Assembly: GCA_946965045.2 (NCBI GenBank)
Contig: OX337238.1
Coordinates: forward strand, 1,116,001 to 1,180,000
DNA from: Epithemia pelagica
Lineage: Eukaryota > Protista > Bacillariophyta
Length of the DNA stretch: 64,000 bases
Direction of reading: 5' to 3'
The translations under genes were made by a program, and so were the position numbers. This document shows positions 13,047 through 22,780 of the stretch, in pieces (position 1 is the first letter of the stretch; the number at the start of each line of letters is the position of its first letter). The notes beneath the pieces are model-generated. The model was not told the DNA's origin and did not search any database. It was given only the letters and a program-made list of their open reading frames with translations.

Positions 13047-13532
13047 ATGAATGTTGAGACCACGACAATGAACAAACGTCGCGTTCTGAGATTACCCACG
13101 GATGCACGGTGTTGCCGCTCTTCGTCGTCAAGTCCCAATGTATTTGATCGATGGAACGAGCGGTCATCGCCGTCCTATTCTGCCGCTGGGAGCGAGTCCC
13201 CTAGAAACAAAAAAAGCGTTCGATTTGCTACGGACGCATGCGGAGGGCCGTTGTGCCAGTTCCATGAAATCTCATTGGACCACACGCAAGATCGTGACCA
13301 TAAGATCAAAAACGATCAAGAAGGCGACCTTGAGTGCACAATTCGTCCACGCTGCGACGAAGATGAATCACAGTTCTCTACGAAGATGGAGAAATCTCAG
13401 CTCCACATGATTGACAGCCCAAGTCTACTGGATTGGTTGCGAATGGTCGCTACTGAAGAAACCAAATGCAGCACACCGTGGGACGCACCATCATTAGTAG
13501 GGTATAAGCAATCAAGAACACTGGATGTCTAA
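13047..13532 (+). CDS. Hypothetical protein, 161 aa
   Basis: ATG-initiated, Ser-rich ORF with a KKSVRFA (RVxF-like) motif; no recognisable domain. Confidence 0.5.
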   Translation: MNVETTTMNKRRVLRLPTDARCCRSSSSSPNVFDRWNERSSPSYSAAGSESPRNKKSVRFATDACGGPLCQFHEISLDHTQDRDHKIKNDQEGDLECTIRPRCDEDESQFSTKMEKSQLHMIDSPSLLDWLRMVATEETKCSTPWDAPSLVGYKQSRTLDV

Positions 13533-13569
13533 GACGCGTCAGCTAATGAAGAGCCATGCGATTCTTTGC

Positions 13570-14327
13570 TGTTAGGATTCTCACCGAAAACTAGGTGGTG
13601 AAACCTACAACTCATCGAATGATGCTAGTATTTTATGGCATCCGATGACATTTTCCTAAAAGTGAGAAAAGAATGTCGGCATGCTCGCGAAACTATAAAT
13701 TTGGCCACGGCATGCTCGCAGTGCACGCGTTATCGGCGACCGCTCGGATATTAACTATGGCCCAACACGTGCGCGCCCAAAACTATCAAGTGCGCGCCTC
13801 TACTATCCGAGTACGCGCATCCACGATTCGACCTAACGGTCTATATAATCAAAGCACGAATCACGATCACGCGAGACCATAACTCTGTTCCCACAAATCC
13901 AAGAATGCAAACAGCAACGCGCCCAGGACAAGACTTATACCACGACAAAGCAAGAGCTGTTGCATCCCATACATGTTATCCATCACCCTATACATTCAAT
14001 ACACACCAATGCCGGTCTACTCCAACCAGTGAGGACCTATCACACCAGATCCATGGCCGTATACAAGAGCCAGGACTTCGGCACCATCAACCACCTTAGT
14101 TAGTAATCGTCTCACAATCAATAATATCACCATTTTAACACTCATCTTAAGACTAACCTCTTATCAGTGGACCGACTGCCCCCACCCACGGCGGACTTCG
14201 ACTTGCAACTCTTCTCTGACCCGTGGAGGATTGTTGTATCGGTTGGTGATTCAATTGTCGGCTCAGCGAGCCTTTTACCTATCCTACCTATCTGTCTAAC
14301 CCCTGTTGAATCGAGAGAAGTTTATCA
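13570..14327 (+). repeat. A1 5' LTR
   Basis: Direct repeat of 21112-21869; I found 3 mismatches (13845, 14253 and the position matching 21555). Confidence 0.97.
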
Positions 14328-14341
14328 GATTAACAGTCTCA
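14328..14341 (+). promoter_or_regulatory. Putative primer-binding site complementary to the tRNA-Asn(GUU) anticodon arm
   Basis: GATTAACAGTCTCA abuts the LTR CA. Its reverse complement TGAGA-CTGTTAA-TC reads as 5' stem, GUU loop and the first 2 nt of the 3' stem. Confidence 0.8.
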
Positions 14342-14365
14342 TCGTTTATTTCCGAGAAGCTTTCG

Positions 14366-15121
14366 ATGTCTCACGACGATTCCAACCTCTCTATTCGACA
14401 CATCTTTCATTCCTTCCAACAAAGCGGGGAGGAACTCCATCCACCCGTGGCCCATCCGGGCGAGCCCTTGGTTGAAACTCCGAAACAGACCCCGACTCAG
14501 GCCAGTGCTCCGAATCCCTTCCAGACCCCGGACCAAGTGGTCCAGCCTCCTTCGATCCCGACTCAACCTTCGACTCCGCCTCGCCGTTTGAACCCTACTC
14601 GCACCCGACGTACGAGCCGTCTTCTTACTGCACATATCCGACACTTCCGCGAGCCGACTGAGTCGACTACCGACCCCGACGTGATCCGTTCCACAACCGA
14701 ACGCGAGATAGATTTCCAGTCCGTCCAACCCGTGACTGACCTTGAGGACATCCAACAACTTCTCGACCTCTTGAACCAGTGCTCGAGACGCCGTTTCATT
14801 GTCCAAGCCCTGTTGGGCAACCCTGTGGAACCCATCCGTATTCGATTCATCTCCTTTGAACGTCCAACCAACTACTTCCACACCATCTGGATCGTCAACT
14901 CGACGACGAATCCGCTACCTACCCCGACTACTCGTCTCGACGAGTACGTCTCCTTTGTTCACGAGATCCATCTCTGCCAGGATTTCCGTGCGACTATCTA
15001 CCCTCTCTTCACTCAACACGTGAACCACTTGTTGGAAGACGACGACGTTGAAGAACTAGCCACTACAGTGACCGATTCCGCATCTCGTCTTCAGTACCGA
15101 GCCGAAAGTGACCAAGAATAA
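14366..15121 (+). CDS. Extra ORF (ORF0, 251 aa) upstream of gag in family A
   Basis: ATG 24 nt after the PBS. Pro/Thr-rich N-terminal half, globular-looking C-terminal half. Intact in both copies. Confidence 0.65.
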   Translation: MSHDDSNLSIRHIFHSFQQSGEELHPPVAHPGEPLVETPKQTPTQASAPNPFQTPDQVVQPPSIPTQPSTPPRRLNPTRTRRTSRLLTAHIRHFREPTESTTDPDVIRSTTEREIDFQSVQPVTDLEDIQQLLDLLNQCSRRRFIVQALLGNPVEPIRIRFISFERPTNYFHTIWIVNSTTNPLPTPTTRLDEYVSFVHEIHLCQDFRATIYPLFTQHVNHLLEDDDVEELATTVTDSASRLQYRAESDQE

Positions 15122-15435
15122 GTAATTTTACGTAGTTTCTACACCAAACCAGACACAAGACCGAGTTCCGCACATCCGGGTACCCTTGGTCGCACAACAC
15201 GCCACACATTCCCGTCAAATCGCGAAAATTCGGCGAAAATTTGTTGAAACTCGGCGAAATTTTGTCGGAATCAACGGAAATTTCCAGGAGTCGCACATCA
15301 CAACACACATCCGGGTATCACATACGTGGTACATACGTGGCACACGTGGTACATCCGGGTTCACACCACATCACACATTAAATAAACCACATCACACCGC
15401 ACATTAAATAAACATCGAACCAACCAAATAACATC

Positions 15436-18400
15436 ATGGAAGCGACACCTCCCAAGACACCGTTTACTCCTCCTGAGGACAAGTCAAGTCATATAACCAA
15501 CCAAGATCTCTTCGACCATATAACTAAAGGCATCTTTGGTTGTAATGATGAACGAGCCCAATCACTTCAAAAGTGGATGCGACATCATGGTTTTGAACAT
15601 ATCCTTCATGTCCTCGACCATGTTGCAACTGATCCCGAGGAGACACTCAAGGATCTCATGCAATACAAGGTTGGAAAACAAGTCAACGACCTACAGACAA
15701 GTACAAGATTACAACTCAAACTAATGGCATATTGGTTACTACAACAACGGCAACTCCAACATGGAAAACTACCCCGTGCTACATGGATGAACCTCACGAG
15801 GGACCAATATGACGATTGGAGGATCAACACCGACTTTACCAAGTCTGGTATGAACCAAGACCCAGTTTCTCCTCTGAAATCACCTGCACACTCCGTATCA
15901 TCCCGATCTCCCACTACATCCTCTACAACATCTCAATCCACGTTAGATCTCTCTGCTTTCAAGAAAGGAACCAAAAGAGATGCAACAGCATTTGAATCAT
16001 TCAAAGACGAACGATACTTTGATTCATTTTGGCGTGTATTCAAATCAACTGCGAAAGCACAAGGATTGTCGAATGTTCTTGATTTCGATTATAAGGTACC
16101 CAAGGATGACGAATGCGCAGAGTTACTTTTCCGAGAACAACAAGTCTTTGTCTATTCTGTACTTGTACGTATTATCCAAACCGACCAAGGAAGAGCATAT
16201 GTTCGAGAACATGAACATGATGAAGATGCAAGAGCCGTCTTGAAGAAACTCCATGTCCTACACACTGAATCTGATCTAGCTAAGCGAGAAGTGTTACGCC
16301 TAACAAGCTACATTTCGAATCTTCGACTGGATGACTCTTGGCGTGGTACAACTCGTCAGTTTCTCCTACATTTTCAAGAACAGCTACGACTTCTGGATAA
16401 CCTTGTACCACTGTCGGATCGTATCCATGACCATACAAGGATGACCTTCCTTATGCAAGCTGTTGAAAAGGTACCTGATTTAAGACGAGTCAAGATCTTG
16501 GATAACGTTGTCAACACGAAATCTGGAGCCAAGTCTCTCTGTTATCAATCATATTTCCGCCTGCTTCTTGATGCTGCTTTTGACCATGACCAAGCTACCC
16601 GAACTTCTGCGTCTAACCGCCGTCGTCATGTAAAGCAACATGAATTTCAGTTGGATGAACCTTTTGAACCAGTGGAGCCCCCTGACTACCAGATCAACAA
16701 CACGAATATCCAATCCGAAAAGTCCCCAACTTCGTCGAAAATCAGCCTTCCAAGAGATGTATGGTTTAAACTCTCTGAAGAGGATCGGCAAATCATTGTC
16801 GACTTCAATAAATCCGTCCAAGATTCCCCGACAACTCCACGCAAGGTCCAAACACATTCTCTTGACATTGATCCTGAACCGGACCCTGATCCTGATGCCA
16901 ACAACATTGGTGATACCCATCAAGATGCACCAGAACAAGATCCATTCGATACATCCTCTGATCCGGTTACCCAGTTCGTACACCAGGCTATTGCATCGAC
17001 AGATATCAATCATCCAGCATCTGACCTCAGCAACATCTTGTCAACTTCTACGACAAAGTCAAGTCCTAAAGTCAAGTTCAAGTCTTCTGCTGATCACAAG
17101 CAAAAGGTTCATATGTCACGATATCTATTCTCCCGCAAATCCACCTTTTCTGGTAATCAACTCATCGATCGAGGTGCCAATGGAGGCCTTGCAGGATCTG
17201 ACATGCGTATCCTTGCCAAAACCGGACGTCATATTACCATCGTAGGTATTGACAATCATGAATTGACTGGCCTTCCAGTTGTTACCTGTGCTGCCAAGTT
17301 TGATACAAGTGATGGACCCATTATTGGTATCTTCAATGAGTATGCCCACTATGGAAAGGGTTTATCTATCCATGCCCCAGCGCAATTTGAACATTTCGGC
17401 CTATCTGTCGACGAACGATCCGTCAAGGTTGATGGCAAACAACGCATTACTACCCTTGATGGACGCGCATTGCCCTTACGAATCAAGGATGGCCTTGCAT
17501 ACATTCAATCTCTGGGAATCCCTTCTGATGACGATATGGATAAATATCCGCACATTGTGTTCACTTCACCCCATATCTGGGATCCTTCTGTACTTGACCA
17601 TACCCATCCAGACCCCCATCAAGACCCTGCACCGAACTGGACATCTGTGGAGACTGATGGTAGTATGGAAACGTACCCCTATGACCAATATGGGGAGTAT
17701 ACCGATCGCGTTGTATGCACTTTGAATCTCCTCCTTGATCTCCCATATGATCATGGCCCCGATACACCTTCCTTCTTTTCCATCTATGCTGATCAAGATG
17801 GCAACGACCCCACACTTCACGCGTCTGTCCACAAACTCTACAAGGAACAATACGACTGGAAGAAATTTCGCCCTTTCTTTGGGTGGCAATCGGAAGACGT
17901 AATCGCCGATACGTTCAAGCATACAACTCGTCATGGACACATTTCCTTTGACCAGGATACCTTGAAGAAACACTTTAAGGCCCGGAATCCTATCCTTAAC
18001 CTCCCACGACGGCATGAACCCGTTGCCACTGACTCCATCTTCTCCGACACCCCGGCTGTTAACCATGGTGGCAAGATTGCTCAGATTTTTGTTGGTCGTG
18101 ATACTTTGGTTACTGACATTTATGGTATCAAGTCTACCAAGCAATTCGTCAATACCCTCCAGGATAACATTCGTACACGTGGTGTCATGGAGACTTTGAT
18201 CAGTGATGGTGGTTCGTCACTTATTTCCCACAAGGTCAAGGATATTCTTCGCACCCTTCTGATTGGTGAATACCGTTCCGAGCCCTATCATCAACACCAG
18301 AACAAAGCTGAGAACCGCTACCAGACCGTTAAGCGTATGACCAATGCTATCATGAATGCCTCCGGTTGCCCTGCTTCTGCATGGTTACTTTGTTTAGAAT

Positions 18401-21117
18401 ATGTGTGTGACCTCCTCAATCACACTTCCTCTCCCACCCACTCTGGCCGCACCCCTCTTGAGGCTCTTACCGGTACCCCACCCGACATTACCCATCTCCT
18501 TTTCTTTCCTTTCTGGGATGAGGTCTACTATCGTGTCGACCCTTCTGAACCTACCTCCGGTTCTTACCCTTCGTCTCCCGACGAGAAGATTGGCCACTGG
18601 GTTGGTTTTGCCCACAATGTTGGTGATGCCTTTACTTGGAAGATCCTCACTGCCGACAACGTCATCATCTACCGTTCCGCTGTCCGTCGCGTTGCCTCCA
18701 CTACCCCCAACCTTCGTGTGGATATCTCTTCAGGGGAGGAGTCGCCGCATAAACCCACTGACAAGCAAGGTGACACTGTCTTTATTCGCAGCAGAAGTGA
18801 AGACCCATCCACATCTATGCCAACAATTGACTACGACGATTTAGTTGGACGCACATTCCTTTGTGACACTGAAGAGAATGGGGAGCGCCACCGAGCACGA
18901 GTAATCAAACGAGTTGTCGACCTGGAACAAGATGCAACCAAACAAGAAGATCGACTCAAATATATCTTTCGCAAGTCTAACTCCAATGTTGATGAGATGA
19001 TCTCCTACAACCAGCTCATGGAATACATTGAAAGGGATAATCAAGCCCAAACGACAGGGGATAGTCTCTTCCGATTCAGAGACGTTATTGCACACCAAGG
19101 ACCTTTGAACTCAAGCGACCCAGACTATAAAGGGAGTAAATATAATGTCCTTGTTGATTGGGAGACTGGGGAGACGACATACGAACCTCTATCTCTTATT
19201 GCAAATGATGACCCCATCACAGTCGCCATCTATGCCAAGAAAAATGGTTTGCTAGATCTACCTGGATGGAAACATCTCAAGTGATACGTCAAGACAAGCA
19301 AAAGACTCATTCGAGCAGCTAAACAATCCAGGATCAAACAAGTTTGTCGCTCTATCAAATACAAGTTTGGTTTCCAAGTACCTCGCACCTATGAAGAAGC
19401 AGTGGAACTAGACAAGCAATTTGGGAACACGAAATGGCAAGACGCAACAGAATTGGAACTCTCACAGATCCAATCGTATAACACTTTCAAGGACCATGGA
19501 AAAGCCAAGTTCATTAATGGGAAATTGGCCAATGCACCAGAAGGATATCATAAGATAAGAGTACATCTGGTCTTTGATGTCAAGCATGACGGAAGGCACA
19601 AGGCACGACTTGTCGCAGATGGACATCTCACCAAGGAACCCGTTGAGACCATCTATTCAGGGGTTGTCTCCATTCGCAACCTTCGCATTGCCATATTTCT
19701 TGGAACCATGAACGACATGGAAATATGGGGAGCAGATATTGGGAACGCATACTTAGAAGCATTGACAGGAGAGAAGATTTTCATCATTGCAGGACCAGAG
19801 TTCAAGGAGTTAGAAGGACATATCTTGATCATCTACAAGGCATTATATGGTCTCAAATCCTCAGGTGCTCGCTGGCATGACAAACTGTTTGATGTTCTCA
19901 TTGATATGGGATTTTCTCCAAGCAAGGCTGACCCTGATATTTGGATGAAGAAGGCTCCTGGAGAAGACTGTTATGAATATATCGCTGTATATGTTGATGA
20001 CTTAGCTATCGTTGCCATGGACCCTGAAGCTGTCTGCAAGATCTTTACAGAAAAATACAACTTCAAACTCAAAGGAGTCGGACCTATCGAGTATCATTTG
20101 GGGTGTCGTTATACCACAGATCCAGACGGTACACTTGTGTCTGACCCACGAAGGTACATCGAGAAGATGATGGATACCTATGAACGATTGTTCAATGAGA
20201 AACCCAAGAAAGCAAAGCCGCCAGTCATTGCTAACGATCATCCTGAACTCGATGACTCTGAGCTCTTAGATGAAGAGGGGACCCAGCATTTCCAGACTCT
20301 TATTGGACAACTGCAATGGCTAATTACCATTGGCCGTTTTGATGTTTTTCCTGCTACCATGACTCTATCAAGGTTCAGAGCTGCTCCAAGGATTGGTCAT
20401 TTGAAGCGAGCTAAACGCATCTATGGATACCTCATGTCATTTCCTGATGGGTCTATCAGATTCTGCACTGGGGAGCCAGATTTATCAGCTTTACCTATCC
20501 AAGAATACGATTGGAGTCGTACCGTATACATAGACGCCAAGGAACGTATCCCTGAGGACTGTCCAACCCCACTTGGGCGTTTTGTGACAACTATACATTA
20601 TGTCGACGCAAATCTCATGCATGATATGGTTACTGGGAAAGCAGTTACAGCCATCCTGCATTTTGTAAATGGTACACCCGTGGACTGGTACAGTAAGCGA
20701 CAAGCCACAGTGGAAACAGCCACGTATGGATCTGAATTTGTTGCCGCAAGGACTGCAGTTGATCAGATCACGGAGCTACGCCTTACACTCCGATACTTGG
20801 GAGTCCCTCTGCGAGAGAAGAGTTACATGTTTGGAGATAACTGCTCTGTCGTTATCAATAGCACCACACCACACTCAATCATCTCCAAGAGGCACCATCT
20901 CCTATCCTATCACCGAGTCCGTGAAGCTATCGCTGCAAAGTACGTCGCATTCTACTGGAAAGATGGAAAGACAAACCCAGCTGATATCCTCAGCAAACAT
21001 TGGGAATTCGCCGCAGTTTGGCCCATGCTCAGATCTTTGTTATTCTGGAGAGGAAAAATCCAGGAAAGTGATGAGGGAATTGACAATCCTCATTCGACAA
21101 ATTGTGGGGAGTGTTAG
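15436..21117 (+). pseudogene. A1 Gag-Pol polyprotein with one premature stop (CGA>TGA, 19282-19284)
   Basis: PR IDRGANGG; IN VATDSIFSD/LISDGG/HQNKAENR; RT YVDDL; RNaseH VDANL/GSEF/NPADILSK. The frame continues past the TGA, where copy A2 has CGA. Confidence 0.93.
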
Positions 21118-21869
21118 GATTCTCACCGAAAACTAGGTGGTGAAACCTACAACTCATCGAATGATGCTAGTATTTTATGGCATCCGATGACATTTTCCTA
21201 AAAGTGAGAAAAGAATGTCGGCATGCTCGCGAAACTATAAATTTGGCCACGGCATGCTCGCAGTGCACGCGTTATCGGCGACCGCTCGGATATTAACTAT
21301 GGCCCAACACGTGCGCGCCCAAAACTATCAAGTGCGCGCCTCTACTATCCGAGTACGCGCATCCACGATTCGACCTAACGGTCTATGTAATCAAAGCACG
21401 AATCACGATCACGCGAGACCATAACTCTGTTCCCACAAATCCAAGAATGCAAACAGCAACGCGCCCAGGACAAGACTTATACCACGACAAAGCAAGAGCT
21501 GTTGCATCCCATACATGTTATCCATCACCCTATACATTCAATACACACCAATGCTGGTCTACTCCAACCAGTGAGGACCTATCACACCAGATCCATGGCC
21601 GTATACAAGAGCCAGGACTTCGGCACCATCAACCACCTTAGTTAGTAATCGTCTCACAATCAATAATATCACCATTTTAACACTCATCTTAAGACTAACC
21701 TCTTATCAGTGGACCGACTGCCCCCACCCACGGCGGACTTCGACTTGCAACTCTTCTCTGACCCGTGGAGGATTGTTGTATCGGTTGGTGATTCGATTGT
21801 CGGCTCAGCGAGCCTTTTACCTATCCTACCTATCTGTCTAACCCCTGTTGAATCGAGAGAAGTTTATCA
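21112..21869 (+). repeat. A1 3' LTR, preceded by a short PPT GGGGAG (21106-21111)
   Basis: Direct repeat; the polyprotein stop is TGT-TAG, within the first 6 nt of the LTR. Confidence 0.97.
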
Positions 21870-22780
21870 TTTGCAAGGACATCCCAATAATACAAGAATC
21901 TCATGAAAGGGCGTTTCAATGAGAACGGCCCCGAAGATTGAGCTCTTCAAATGAAGCAATGGGGAGGAACATATTGACACAGAGACTGGAGTCATCCCAC
22001 AGGACAGGCCAATCACCCTTCCCCCTGTTGTTGCAGTTCTGTCTGAGACCTCTCAGAGGATGCGCATACTGCATCTTGTAGAGAGCGCGACATCTACCAA
22101 TTTTCCAGCTATCCTTAAACATAGATATCTCTCGCTCTTTTCAAATGGGCGACGTACTCTTACGACTTACGAAAGATTTTCTTCGGATCTCCTATCTCCA
22201 ATCGGTTGGTGATATTGTACAAGTGTTGGGAGTAGAGGCATTAATTTTCATCACTGCTTAGCGATAATCCGATGCCTATTAAAAATCAGGAGCAGCTAGT
22301 AGCTATTCATGCTAAGGTAATTTGCCGTCCCGGCTTCGAAAACCACATTTTCTTTCGAAGACGCTGTTGCGATCGTTCTGCGGTGGCGGCGAACCTGACC
22401 CTGTGGTGATGACTCCATGGTGATCTCGGCATCTATGCGGTTTGCCTACTTCTCGCCATCGCAAAGAAGTCAAAACGAAGAAACAGATGGTCTTATGAAC
22501 AGGTTGATGTCGCACTCCCAGAAAGAAGTGCGTCCGAGTCCGAAATGGAAAGAATGAGGATGACATCATCCTCATCTCTTTTGATCTTGATCTTGGTCTT
22601 GGTCCCGGATGTCGACATTCATCGTGTGACGTGTTGTGGGACACAAGCCAAGAGACAAGATCGGAGATCATTGAGGGTGACTCGATCAGGTGTGTAGTTG
22701 GTCGAACGAAAGAGGCCATATTCTCTCATTATCTTTTGCTTTATACAAGCCAAATAACCATCTGAGTTTTCCTGTCCAAA

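Larger units (their letters stand above)
13570..21869 (+). mobile_element. Ty1/copia (CoDi-like) LTR retrotransposon, family A, copy A1
   Basis: 758-bp LTRs (TG...CA), 5-bp TSD TTTGC (13565-13569 / 21870-21874), domain order Gag-PR-IN-RT-RNaseH. Confidence 0.97.

Noticed and set aside
13673-14475. Short ORFs repeated in every family A LTR (MSACSRNY..., MQTATRPG..., MDRLPPP...)
   Set aside because: They recur only because the LTRs are repeats; their lengths vary with point mutations and they show no domain.
14339-14881. 180-aa antisense ORF overlapping ORF0 (also 48402-48944)
   Set aside because: GTG start; explained as a shadow of the sense ORF's codon bias.
17161-17190. Protease active site reads DRG rather than D(S/T)G
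   Set aside because: The same IDRGANGG occurs in all three elements, so it is a family trait (as I recall for diatom CoDi elements), not an inactivating lesion.
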